A DNA stretch of 64,000 nt from a virus (lineage: Duplodnaviria > Caudoviricetes): the IMG/VR virus record IMGVR_UViG_2744054987_000003, positions 32,001 through 96,000 of that record; one strand, given 5' to 3'. The position numbers and the translations under genes are program-made. The notes under the pieces were generated by a model. The model was not told the DNA's origin. It ran no database searches and worked only from the letters and a program-made list of their open reading frames with translations. Shown here piece after piece: positions 55,027 to 64,000 of this stretch; position 1 is the first letter of the stretch, and every line of letters starts with the position of its first letter.

Positions 55027-56892
55027 ATGTCTAACATGCGACTAGTTGATGACCTCGAAGAAGCTCTCACTGACTACCGGCCCGACGTTCTGTCCCGCTG
55101 TGTTGTCGTGGAGGCATCACCGGAATGGCCAGGCCAGCTGGTGTTCCAGCCATTCGTTGGCGAACAGGACTTCCTGGCGCGCTACAGCGACTGGATCAGC
55201 AGGCACCTCACCCTCAACGAGTTGTACAACCTCACAGCGTTCATCGAACTGCTGGAGGCCGACAGCCACACCGTGTTCTGTGCGCCGAGTGCACAACCAA
55301 TCCTTGATGACTACGCCCGGCTGAGTGAGCCGCTGACGATCGAAGGCTATAGTCTGCGTCCCTTCCAGACCTTCGGCCTCAATCAGGCGTTGGAGCGGGC
55401 GCTGAGCGGCAAAACAACCGGCGACAGGATGTTCTTCTGGAACTGGTCAGCCGGAGCTGGAAAGAGCCATGTCAGCGGAGCCGGTGCCAAAGCGCTGTTT
55501 GACCGCAACGCCATCGACTTGGTCATTGCCTGCACGCTGTCGAAACTCAAAATCAACTTGAGTAGGACGTACTGCGACGACGCCAAACTTAAGTCCGTGG
55601 TCAACGACCATGTGCGTCCAAACATTCGGCGTGAGGGCTATCTCAACCCAGACACGCAGGTGTTCGTGATGAACTATGAGAAGCTGTGGGTTGATGAGGA
55701 TGCACTGCGTGAGGTGACTGCGAATAAGCGAGTGCTGTTCATCGCAGATGAGGCGCATCGTTTGATCTCCGATGGTGCACACAACAAGGCGCGCAAAGCT
55801 CTTGACCGTCTCACCAAAGACTGCCACGCCATCGTCTGGCCGATGAGCGCCACCGTAGTCGACGGTAACCCATTGCGGTTCCGTGACGTGTTTTCGCTCG
55901 ACGGCAGGCCCGCCAAGAACCCGTTGGGCACCAAGAAAGACTTCACCGCACGCTACGCACACGAGGTGCGCGAGATCCCCGTCAAGACACGCAGCGGTGG
56001 ACGGTATACCTTCACCGCCTACGACTGGAACCTGGCCGCACTCCAGGACATCCGGCATCGTGTTGCTGACCGCACGATGACCGCGCGCAAGACCGACCCT
56101 GGCATTCGTGAGCAGTTCAAGGGCATTGAGTGCATTCCAGTCATGGTGCAGCCCACCGCGCAGCAGCAGAAACTGTTCGACGTCATCACCGATCTTGCCA
56201 AGGAGGCCCAGCAGCGCGAGGAGGCGCTGACGCAGCACTACCTGGCATTGCGGATCGCGGCTACCAACCCCGGCGCGTTGTGGTTCGGTACCGGCCAGCT
56301 CGTCATCGACATCTCAGAGCGCGTGCCGGATCTGCTCGACGCCAAGCACTCGGCCAAGATCGAGGTGCTCAACGGGATGTTGGAGTCCATTCGCGAAGCG
56401 CAGGACAAGGCCGTGCTGTTCTGTCACTGGACGAATCTCGGGCTGCTGCCGCTCGTCAAGCACATCGAAGTGCCTCACGTGCTGCACTACGGCACCGGTC
56501 AGACCACGTCGGAATCACAGGCCGCGCAGGACCGGTTCAAAAGCGATCCCGACATCACGCTGTTCGCCAGCTCTGATGCGGGCACCTACGGACTGAATCT
56601 TCAGTGCGCGCGTTACGTCATCAGCGCCGACCCCACCTACTCCTACGACGCGCTGGCGCAACGCAACGCCCGCATCGATCGCGTCGACAGTCACCTCGAC
56701 GGCTTGACAGCCTACGTGCTCATCACCGAGGGCAGCGTCGAGGAGCGTGTATGGCAGGTCTGCAACGAACGCCGGATGCTTGCCGCTGCGGTCCAGGGCA
56801 CTTCCGAAGAACTCACCTACGGTGACGGCGAAGTGTCCAAGTCAGAGATGAACGACCTGAGTTGGTTGGTGTTCGGAGACAAGGAGAAGTAG
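55027..56892 (+). CDS. SNF2-like superfamily 2 helicase
   Basis: AGAGKS, DEAH, SAT, GLNLQ and QRNARIDR motifs. Confidence 0.9.
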   Translation: MSNMRLVDDLEEALTDYRPDVLSRCVVVEASPEWPGQLVFQPFVGEQDFLARYSDWISRHLTLNELYNLTAFIELLEADSHTVFCAPSAQPILDDYARLSEPLTIEGYSLRPFQTFGLNQALERALSGKTTGDRMFFWNWSAGAGKSHVSGAGAKALFDRNAIDLVIACTLSKLKINLSRTYCDDAKLKSVVNDHVRPNIRREGYLNPDTQVFVMNYEKLWVDEDALREVTANKRVLFIADEAHRLISDGAHNKARKALDRLTKDCHAIVWPMSATVVDGNPLRFRDVFSLDGRPAKNPLGTKKDFTARYAHEVREIPVKTRSGGRYTFTAYDWNLAALQDIRHRVADRTMTARKTDPGIREQFKGIECIPVMVQPTAQQQKLFDVITDLAKEAQQREEALTQHYLALRIAATNPGALWFGTGQLVIDISERVPDLLDAKHSAKIEVLNGMLESIREAQDKAVLFCHWTNLGLLPLVKHIEVPHVLHYGTGQTTSESQAAQDRFKSDPDITLFASSDAGTYGLNLQCARYVISADPTYSYDALAQRNARIDRVDSHLDGLTAYVLITEGSVEERVWQVCNERRMLAAAVQGTSEELTYGDGEVSKSEMNDLSWLVFGDKEK

Positions 56893-57138
56893 ATGCTCGA
56901 CGACGAATGGATTTGGCCATTGCTGGCAGCGGTCGGCTCGCTGCTTCTCGTTGCGCTGATCTGCCTTCCGGTGCGTCAGGTCTACCATCACTACGAGGTC
57001 AAGCAGTGCCACCAGTTCTCGGAGCAGGCTGGCTACACAACGAAGTTCGTGGACTACAACTTCCTCAGCTGGGACTGCCTGGCACAGACTAAGACCGGTA
57101 AGTGGGTCGGCTACGAAAAGCTGCGCGACGTTGACTAG
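56893..57138 (+). CDS. Small membrane protein (81 aa)
   Basis: TM helix; AAGGAG RBS. Confidence 0.7.
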   Translation: MLDDEWIWPLLAAVGSLLLVALICLPVRQVYHHYEVKQCHQFSEQAGYTTKFVDYNFLSWDCLAQTKTGKWVGYEKLRDVD

Positions 57139-57479
57139 CTTTCACGCCGAGCGATCTGCTGGTCGTAGATGTCGACGATTTCACGCAGCTGAGCAACAGG
57201 GTCGTCTGTATCGAGGATCTCCTGGTATGCCTGGCGGCTCTTCTTGGCGTGCTGAAGCCAGCCTCTCTCTACCCACTTCAGTGCAGCATCAGGCGTAAGC
57301 GACATACCGGCTCCCACCACAGCACCGTCTTCGCCGCGCTCGGGCCAGAACAACTGCGGCGCACCTTGTTCGTCAAGAAACATGATCCAGCGCCGACCGT
57401 CGTCGGTCTCACCCTCGATGAGTCCAGCTGATCCGGTCTCGGCAGGGTTCTTGTAACGCTCAATGCTGATTCGCTTCAT
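57135..57479 (-). CDS. Hypothetical protein
   Basis: GAAAGG RBS; MKRISIERY...; GGGACA-N17-TATACT upstream. Confidence 0.65.
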   Translation of the reverse strand: MKRISIERYKNPAETGSAGLIEGETDDGRRWIMFLDEQGAPQLFWPERGEDGAVVGAGMSLTPDAALKWVERGWLQHAKKSRQAYQEILDTDDPVAQLREIVDIYDQQIARRES

Positions 57480-57543
57480 GGGAATGCCTTTCGGTGAGGG
57501 GATAAATCCGCGCCCCACCTGGGCACTCATCAAGTATAGCAGC

Positions 57544-57747
57544 TCAGGCAGACAGTGTCCCATCACCGGCAGTCGCACGCTCGATGGTCTGCCACGAGTA
57601 CTCCTCGTGCCACCCGTAGAAGGGATGCTCACGGTCAGAGATGGTCGCTGTAGCGAAGTCGTTTCGAGAGCCACTGATTTGCACCCGAAAACCGTTGACG
57701 AGCAGTCCACGGGAGTTCGCCTCTTGCATGATTGCGCCTTTGTTCAT
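57544..57747 (-). CDS. Hypothetical protein, probably leaderless (67 aa)
   Basis: ATG 6 nt after TATAGT. Confidence 0.65.
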   Translation of the reverse strand: MNKGAIMQEANSRGLLVNGFRVQISGSRNDFATATISDREHPFYGWHEEYSWQTIERATAGDGTLSA

Positions 57748-57753
57748 ACCTAA

Positions 57754-57783
57754 ACTATATCATGAGTGTCTAGGTAATGTCTA
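57754..57783 (-). promoter_or_regulatory. TAGACA-N5-TAGACA-N7-TATAGT promoter
   Basis: Third copy of the double-TAGACA architecture. Confidence 0.75.
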
Positions 57784-57784
57784 A

Positions 57785-57858
57785 TGGCTGGGGTGTCAGG
57801 ACTCGAACCTGAATCGCCCGGACCAAAACCGGGAATCATACCTTTAGACCACGCCCCA
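57785..57858 (-). tRNA. tRNA-Gln (UUG), CCA encoded
   Basis: Anticodon arm CCCGG-TT-TTG-GT-CCGGG; GGTTCGAGTCC; ends GCCA. Confidence 0.93.
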
Positions 57859-57863
57859 GGGAG

Positions 57864-57934
57864 CTGGGATGCAAGGACTCGAACCTCGATTACCGGAACC
57901 AGACTCCGGTGTCTTGCCTTTAGACGACATCCCA
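57864..57934 (-). tRNA. tRNA-Gln (CUG)
   Basis: CCGGA-GT-CTG-GT-TCCGG; GGTTCGAGTCC. Confidence 0.92.
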
Positions 57935-57938
57935 TCGG

Positions 57939-58020
57939 TGCCAGCAGCAGGAGTCGAACCTGCACAGCCGAAGCCACGGAGTTACAGTCCGCTTCCCTCG
58001 CCACATGGGGGTGTGCTGGC
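57939..58020 (-). tRNA. tRNA-Tyr (GUA), long variable arm
   Basis: GCGGA-CT-GTA-AC-TCCGT; GGCTTCGGCT variable arm; GGTTCGACTCC. Confidence 0.88.
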
Positions 58021-58024
58021 TTCG

Positions 58025-58099
58025 TCGGGGTGACAGGATTTGAACCTGCGGCCTTCCGCTCCCAAAGCGGATGCTCTTGCCAAGCTGAGCTACACCCCG
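58025..58099 (-). tRNA. tRNA-Pro (UGG)
   Basis: CGGGGTGTAGCTCAG...TCCGC-TT-TGG-GA-GCGGA...GGTTCAAATCC. Confidence 0.95.
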
Positions 58100-58184
58100 T
58101 AGGTACGGGGCATCGCCCCGAGGTCAGCGATAACGCTGTCGGGGTGGTTGCGGTCGAAACTCAGCGGCCATGACGAAAACAGTA

Positions 58185-61100
58185 TCAGCGCAAGTACATC
58201 GGCGTCAACGTCATGCCGTAGGCGTACGCCTTGGGTGACAGGATGCTGGTGGTGACAGCAACTTCGTTGGTCGGTGTGGTGGCCGTAACCTGCGCGCTGC
58301 CGTGAGCGTAACGCAGCGCGGTAACGTCCAGTGACGCTTGGCTGCCCAGCTGTACGGCGTAGCGGATCAGTGCCAGTTCGCAGTAGCAGTCGTTGATGTA
58401 GATTTCATCGGCGTCATCGCCGGAGACGGTGACCTCCAGAAAGTATTCCTGGTCGTCGCTGTCGGGCACGACAACGAACTGGCCTTGGTGTGTGTACCAG
58501 TAACCTGAGGCAGGCTTGGTAATGATCTCCTGGGAGATGTAGGCCCCGTCAGAGATTCGCTTGATGCGCAACGTGATCTGGTTGTTGGACTGCGTTGGCT
58601 TATAGAACACGACGCAGGGACGAACCATGGCGTTGGCGATGAAGTTCGTCCACTGCGCGATGATCAGACCGGCTTCTCCGGCCCCGGCGGCGCGAGTGAA
58701 GTGCACGCTGCGCAAACCGTTGTAGACCATGTTGGGGTCGATGGTCATCGCAACCAGCGACACATCCGCGCCCCATTTGGTGGTGGAGTCGCTCCAGGTG
58801 GCGAAAGTGTCGCCCCACATGCCTGTCGGCACATTGTCGGAGGTGGTGGTGACGTAGTACGCCAGCTGCAGGGGATCGATGTTGGTGTCGAGCGGATCGG
58901 CTTGCGCCCACATGGAATCCGAGCGCACCAGACCGGAGTCATTGAAGGTGCAATTGACTTTGGCGAAGGTGCTGCGGGTGGTGAAGCTGTTAGCCAGGAC
59001 GGCTTGGGTTTCCACCTTCGGTCCCACAGTTACGCTGTCGAACCAAGGCTGCCCGGCAGTCATCGATTCATCGATAAACGGTCGGATGTGCACTTTGTTG
59101 ACGCCTGTGGGCACGGTCCAGGTGTAGTCCAGGTGTACCCAGCTCGTTGTGGTGGCGGCGTAGTTTGCGGGATCGATGCCAGCGAACACGATGGACGAAT
59201 CCACTTCGGTGTCATCGAGATAGCTGGCACCGCCGATGCCGAAGGCGGGAGTGCCGTCGGTCCCGACAAGGTCTTTCCACCACACCCAGCAGCCGAACCG
59301 GATCTCGTCGCCGGGTGTGACGTCGATGTAGCTCGACAGCGCATCCATGGAAGTGCCGTCGGCGACTGCGGTCAGTGCCCCGAGCTTCCATCGACCGACA
59401 GAACCGTCGCGACTCCACTTGTCAGCAGGATTCAGGGTCCAGTTGTCGAGGTTGTGATCGAAGCCGGGGTTGATGATCGAATACGTTCTGCCTGTCGTGG
59501 TGACCGGGCCGGTGTCGAGTTGCGCTGCTTGACCGTCGCTGTTCGACCAGTGACTGGAACCGATCTGGTAGACGTTGAAATCGAAGCTGGCAGGGTCTTG
59601 CCCGCTGATGTAGGTGGTTGATAGCGCCATGACCTCGCGGACTCCGGCGAAATACGCCAGAGCGGCGTCGCGAGTCACGGTCTTGATGTCGTAGCGATGC
59701 ACCGACGTGGTGACGAATCGTGTGCGCGTGACAGTGCTCGGCGCACGCCCGAAGACGGTATCGGTCAGTGCGGTCAGACCATTCATCACCGCAGCAGGCA
59801 TGGCGAAGGTGCCGCCGGGGAACTTCCACCAGTCGCTGCCCTGTACGGGAGCCGCCCCGGTGGGATTTCGTGCCCAGCTGACCAGTGGGGTGAAAGCGTC
59901 GTTGATGGCTTCAGCGATGCCGTTGCTGATGGTGGTGATGTTTTCGATCGTGTCGTTGATCAACGTGGTGATTGCGTTGCCCGCCAGCACCTGCGAGTTA
60001 GGGGTGGCGCGTTTGTAGACGTAGGGATTGGCTGATTCTGTGCGAGGGGTGTTCGTGACCACAGTCGAGGACGTCGCGGTGCTGGGCAGCTCGGAGCTGA
60101 TCGTCGACGCGCCGGTGATGACGGTGACCGGTGAGACAGTGGTGCCGTAGATTCTGTCCACCGCAGCGCTAACCGAAGCCGGGTTAAGCCAGTTCACGCT
60201 GCCGATGCCGTTGGCTCCTTGGAACAACTCGGTGCCCAGTTCCATCAGTCCGCCGTTAAGCAGTCCTGGATGCTGTGTGGTGGCGGTCTGCTGAACTGAG
60301 ATCGGGAAGGTCTGATAGACGGTTTTGATACCCGAGTCATAGACGGGGTACGGCTCTTGTGTGAGGTTGGTGAACTCCAGCTTGAGGTACTTGGCTGAAA
60401 TCTTCTGGGGAAAGTAGAGTTTGCCCGGCCCGGTCAGGAAGTTCTTCCACACCGGGGTCCAGGTCTTGTTGGAGAAGAAGCTCTCGTCAGTACCGCCCGA
60501 ACCGTGCGTTTGCAGTGTCCAGTTGGCTGCATAGACCGCGTTGTCGAGCGTGGTGGAAGGTAGCTTGCCGTTCTCGTGGGCTAGCAGCTTGTCGGGAGAG
60601 ACGTAGACGTTGGGGTTGGCCAGAAACGCTGAAGCGTGGCCGGTGTAGTCCTCCAACTTGACGATGTGACTGGTAAATCGGCCGCGAAAATTCGTGAAGC
60701 CGTCCTCGCCGTCTACCGTCACCTGCGCGGGGAGGTCTGGGTTCTCGTCAAGCAGGTGCGCGATGACGGTGCCGTTTTGCAGGCAGACCTTGATGTAAAC
60801 GCTTTGCGACTCGTAGGTCCATCCCACAGCGATGCGCAGCGGATGACCGGGCACCAACGCTGGCGACAGTGTCGCCGAGTAGGTTTTAGTGTCGGTGCCG
60901 TCGGTGAATGCCAGAGCAATAGCCCCGGCCACCACGTCGTAGTAGATCGTGGGCCACCACTGCGTGCCGCTGTTGTTGCTCGGTGTCACCGTGAACAGGT
61001 TTGGGTTGTTGGCCAGGTGGTCGTTGACCGGATCGAAGTCAGGTATCCATTCGATGCCGATCCACATGTCTTGGTTAACCAGCGGCCCAATCGACATCGG

Positions 61101-62021
61101 GAACAGGTAACTGCTGGTGCCAGTTGGCGCTAGCGAGGTGTCCCAGCGGCCTGTGTCGACCTTCCAGCTGGTGTTTTCGTCGGTGTCGGGCGGCAGCGTG
61201 ACGGGGTTGAGCTGACGAGTGCCGACGGTGTCGTCGATGCTGTAGTAGATGTTCAGGATCTGGTTGTTGTACAGCGGCTGCATGTCGAGAGCGTCGACGT
61301 ATTGTGGCGAATTGTCGTCGCCCCGAAGATCCAAAAACAGATTAACCACGGCGTTGGGGTCGGGCTGTGGTGCCGACTTCCAGTAGCTGGTGTAGTTGTT
61401 GTCAATGGCGCGTGGTGCGTCCCAGTCTTTGATGTATTTGCTGATGACGTTGCCGATGGCATCTTGTTCGCTGCTGATGGGTAGGCGTCCGGCGTTGCGG
61501 TCGTAGATGTTGCGACGTAACAGCGCATTACGGATACCGATGACGTAGGACGTGTCACCGAGTACCGAGCTGGGCATCCGGGTGGCACGGATTTGCAGCG
61601 CCTTGGCGACGATGGGATAGATGTCGCCCTGCCACTTGTACCAGCTGTCGGGAACGCCAGTGGGGGTGAGAATCAGCGACAGAGGGATGCGGTTATTGTC
61701 GAAGACTTGTGCCCAGTTGTTGAGTCGATCTTGGTACCAGACCTCGACGCGCACCGAGACACGCTTGATCTCCATGCTGAAAGCGCTGATGGCCGAAGGT
61801 GATTTGAAGTTGATCTGGATGACTTCGGTAGTGTCGTCGGTGCTGGCGCGCGGCTGCGAGAACCATTCACGTACGCTGGGTGCGCCGATGCTCGGTGTGT
61901 TCGGGGATGTCTGCTGCTGCTTGAGGGCACCGTCCACCAGCTTCTTGAGGCCCAGCGGCCAGGTGAAGTTCCAGTAGAGGCCGTCGAGCGCACTGGGATC
62001 AGTGGCGGCGGGTTGTGTCAC
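58185..62021 (-). CDS. Large baseplate/minor tail protein (1278 aa) with carbohydrate-binding-like domains
   Basis: Directly downstream of baseplate genes; NPGFD...W...FDSV CBM-like segment. Confidence 0.7.
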   Translation of the reverse strand: MTQPAATDPSALDGLYWNFTWPLGLKKLVDGALKQQQTSPNTPSIGAPSVREWFSQPRASTDDTTEVIQINFKSPSAISAFSMEIKRVSVRVEVWYQDRLNNWAQVFDNNRIPLSLILTPTGVPDSWYKWQGDIYPIVAKALQIRATRMPSSVLGDTSYVIGIRNALLRRNIYDRNAGRLPISSEQDAIGNVISKYIKDWDAPRAIDNNYTSYWKSAPQPDPNAVVNLFLDLRGDDNSPQYVDALDMQPLYNNQILNIYYSIDDTVGTRQLNPVTLPPDTDENTSWKVDTGRWDTSLAPTGTSSYLFPMSIGPLVNQDMWIGIEWIPDFDPVNDHLANNPNLFTVTPSNNSGTQWWPTIYYDVVAGAIALAFTDGTDTKTYSATLSPALVPGHPLRIAVGWTYESQSVYIKVCLQNGTVIAHLLDENPDLPAQVTVDGEDGFTNFRGRFTSHIVKLEDYTGHASAFLANPNVYVSPDKLLAHENGKLPSTTLDNAVYAANWTLQTHGSGGTDESFFSNKTWTPVWKNFLTGPGKLYFPQKISAKYLKLEFTNLTQEPYPVYDSGIKTVYQTFPISVQQTATTQHPGLLNGGLMELGTELFQGANGIGSVNWLNPASVSAAVDRIYGTTVSPVTVITGASTISSELPSTATSSTVVTNTPRTESANPYVYKRATPNSQVLAGNAITTLINDTIENITTISNGIAEAINDAFTPLVSWARNPTGAAPVQGSDWWKFPGGTFAMPAAVMNGLTALTDTVFGRAPSTVTRTRFVTTSVHRYDIKTVTRDAALAYFAGVREVMALSTTYISGQDPASFDFNVYQIGSSHWSNSDGQAAQLDTGPVTTTGRTYSIINPGFDHNLDNWTLNPADKWSRDGSVGRWKLGALTAVADGTSMDALSSYIDVTPGDEIRFGCWVWWKDLVGTDGTPAFGIGGASYLDDTEVDSSIVFAGIDPANYAATTTSWVHLDYTWTVPTGVNKVHIRPFIDESMTAGQPWFDSVTVGPKVETQAVLANSFTTRSTFAKVNCTFNDSGLVRSDSMWAQADPLDTNIDPLQLAYYVTTTSDNVPTGMWGDTFATWSDSTTKWGADVSLVAMTIDPNMVYNGLRSVHFTRAAGAGEAGLIIAQWTNFIANAMVRPCVVFYKPTQSNNQITLRIKRISDGAYISQEIITKPASGYWYTHQGQFVVVPDSDDQEYFLEVTVSGDDADEIYINDCYCELALIRYAVQLGSQASLDVTALRYAHGSAQVTATTPTNEVAVTTSILSPKAYAYGMTLTPMYLR

Positions 62022-63367
62022 GATGTGCTCCGAACGAAAACAGCCGGATCGCGTTGAGTCTGCGAAGTGGACACGATGCGGTTCTGCGTCATCGAGGCGC
62101 TCACTGTCGAGTCACGTGCCGGTGCGGTGTAGGCAATAGCATACTGCGGCAGGTAGACGGTCTTGCTCTGTGAATCTCCGACGATCGGCAGCCGGTAACG
62201 CGAGCCGGTGGCGATGCCGCCCATGGCGGTAACCTGTGCGCCGTAGGTGTCGATGTAGTCTGCTTGCGAGGAGTAAGGGAAGACATAGTCGGTGCCGTCA
62301 GGGTTGATTGCGGGCGCACTGGCGGGGTGTTGACCGTACTTGCCGCCGGGGTAGTTGTCGGGGGAATCAGCTTTGCTATAGGGCATCCAGTCGGTGTACT
62401 GGGTGTTGGATTCGTACTGCACGAAGTTCGTCTCGGGCAGCACGCTGCCGTCGTCGCGCAGCGTGCCGTAGATGACTGAGTCGATGGAGCTACTGGTGCC
62501 GCCGTCCATGAGGTAGAAGTCCGAGGATTCCTGCGTCATGTTGAAGGCTGCGTAAGGCGCTTTGGTCGGCGTGCCGTCGTTGAACATCCACTGCTCCGAA
62601 GACGACAAATTGACTGGCAGCAGTTCTGGCGAAGGCAGTTTGTCTAGGACTGGGGTGGAGATGACAGTCTGTTCCACCTGGTAGTAGGTGGAGTCCGATC
62701 CAGCCGCAGCGATCGGCACCGGGGTAGCTACTGAAAGTCCGTCAGTGTCGATGGTGACGATGGTGTCGACAGAGATGACCCGCATAAGCATGTCGCGGAT
62801 CAGTCGTAGTTCTGCTGGCGCAAGCGAATCCTTGAGTGGCTGAACAACAATTTCGTTGCGGGACGACTCGCGGCCCAGGAACGCTGTCAACCCCCACGAG
62901 TCGAGGTAGCGCCATACCTCGTAGATGTTGGCCTCTACGGACAGTGCGGCGTTCACGCAGGCGCTGACACCCAGAGGGGTGCTGCCAAGACTGCACGCCT
63001 TGAAGAAGCCTGTGATGCGGGCGCGAAATGCTGCGTCCTTGACTCGGACCTCGTCCCACTGGTCGCTGGTGAGCATGTCCGAGGACGGGTTGTAGTTGTA
63101 ACTCTCCGAAGGTGAGCGAGCCAGGAAGCTGAGTTTGCCGAAGATGTAGTCCAGTTCGTTGAAGTACATCGTGTCGATGGCAGCGTTGAGTCGTGCCAGC
63201 AGTGACTGGTTGACCAGTGCTCCTGCACCGGAGCTTCCGCACAATGAGTCAACGAGCTTGTAGAGGATCGTCGAAGTGTCACCACGGTAGATGTTTCGAT
63301 CAAAATGTGCCATGCGCAGTTCGGTGGAACGTGGCGCGATGAGCGGAAATGCTTGAGAGACAGCCAC
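62018..63367 (-). CDS. Probable baseplate wedge protein (449 aa)
   Basis: LDYIFG...DAAFRARI...GSTPLGV pattern; follows the J-like gene. Confidence 0.65.
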   Translation of the reverse strand: MAVSQAFPLIAPRSTELRMAHFDRNIYRGDTSTILYKLVDSLCGSSGAGALVNQSLLARLNAAIDTMYFNELDYIFGKLSFLARSPSESYNYNPSSDMLTSDQWDEVRVKDAAFRARITGFFKACSLGSTPLGVSACVNAALSVEANIYEVWRYLDSWGLTAFLGRESSRNEIVVQPLKDSLAPAELRLIRDMLMRVISVDTIVTIDTDGLSVATPVPIAAAGSDSTYYQVEQTVISTPVLDKLPSPELLPVNLSSSEQWMFNDGTPTKAPYAAFNMTQESSDFYLMDGGTSSSIDSVIYGTLRDDGSVLPETNFVQYESNTQYTDWMPYSKADSPDNYPGGKYGQHPASAPAINPDGTDYVFPYSSQADYIDTYGAQVTAMGGIATGSRYRLPIVGDSQSKTVYLPQYAIAYTAPARDSTVSASMTQNRIVSTSQTQRDPAVFVRSTS

Positions 63368-63368
63368 C

Positions 63369-64000
63369 CTAAGGAGCCGCCTTCCGAATGATGACAGTCT
63401 TGACGAAGACCGGCAATGTGTTGTCTAGGAACTTGAAGTCGTCGGTCTTGCTGTCGTGCGGTGTCGGATCTGAGGAGCTGTTGCGCAGCTGCACACCGTA
63501 GTCGGTCGCGTTGTCCGATGAGGTCGTCAGCTCTACGCTGGCGACGCCGAGCACCTGCTGCACAGCACCGGTCAACGACGAAACTTTGAACTGTGCACCG
63601 TATCCCAGACTGGAGAAGTACACCTTGAGCGCGCTATCGATCGCGGTGTTGACGGTGGCGATCGAGTACGAGGTCTCGTATTCGACGTTCAGGCATGGGG
63701 TGACGTACTGGAAGTTCGCCTGATGCACCATGACATCAGTGGCGACCTGCTTGGAGCTGCTCATAATGTGAGCCAGCAGTTCCGGCGTCTGGTTGTAGAT
63801 GTAGGTCAGCGTCAATGCCTGGCCTGTACTCGGGCCGTCGTCGGTCCATTCGATGCCTGAGACTTCCAGGGAGCTGCCCCCGTTGGTGGTGATGTCTTTG
63901 AGCAGATGATAGTGCTGGCCGCGCGTGTAGATGGTCTCGCCCACCGCAATGGTGGATGGGAAGCTGACGATGGGGACTGAACCCAGGCGCATGAAGCGGT
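63369..64000 (-). CDS. 3' end of a baseplate J-like protein
   Basis: YFSSLGYG...VSSL...VQQVLGVASVEL pattern; runs off the window edge. Confidence 0.7.
   Translation of the reverse strand, partial: RFMRLGSVPIVSFPSTIAVGETIYTRGQHYHLLKDITTNGGSSLEVSGIEWTDDGPSTGQALTLTYIYNQTPELLAHIMSSSKQVATDVMVHQANFQYVTPCLNVEYETSYSIATVNTAIDSALKVYFSSLGYGAQFKVSSLTGAVQQVLGVASVELTTSSDNATDYGVQLRNSSSDPTPHDSKTDDFKFLDNTLPVFVKTVIIRKAAP

Noticed and set aside
57750-58173. ORFs overlapping the tRNA cluster, and a possible suppressor tRNA
   Set aside because: Four cloverleafs explain the region, and all anticodons read sense codons.
1-64000. Integrated prophage or host chromosome boundary
   Set aside because: No integrase, att site or host housekeeping block; organisation is phage-like throughout.

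Overview
High-GC DNA from a large actinobacteriophage, most consistent with a Bxz1/cluster-C-like mycobacterial myovirus (inferred from gene content: DnaE, RecA, DnaB, primase, loader, SSB, tRNAs, baseplate genes, PE-PPE and DUF732 proteins). Nearly all genes are on the minus strand and often coupled by ATGA/GTGA overlaps. In window order: 5' end of a probable virion gene and an ADP-ribosyltransferase (1-1.6 kb); small accessory genes including a DUF488 gene invaded by an HNH endonuclease that carries a recoded copy of its 3' end, a truncated ADP-ribosylglycohydrolase and a P22 gp17-like gene (1.7-10 kb); a tail-fibre module with a PE-PPE hydrolase (10.4-17 kb); more small genes (17-23 kb); four glycosyltransferases and two methyltransferases (23-29 kb); a recombination/replication operon (35-49 kb); a promoter-driven ~295-nt structured ncRNA candidate (49.25-49.55 kb); a hairpin- and repeat-rich intergenic region that may be the origin (54.3-55 kb); a plus-strand SNF2-like helicase; four tRNAs; and baseplate/tail genes (58-64 kb). 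Two recurrent cis motifs were found by eye: TAGACA-containing SigA-like promoters (often leaderless) and CCTGAATAGGTGAGGAGG. No integrase, CRISPR array, reverse transcriptase or intein was seen. All family calls come from motif recognition, not database searches.
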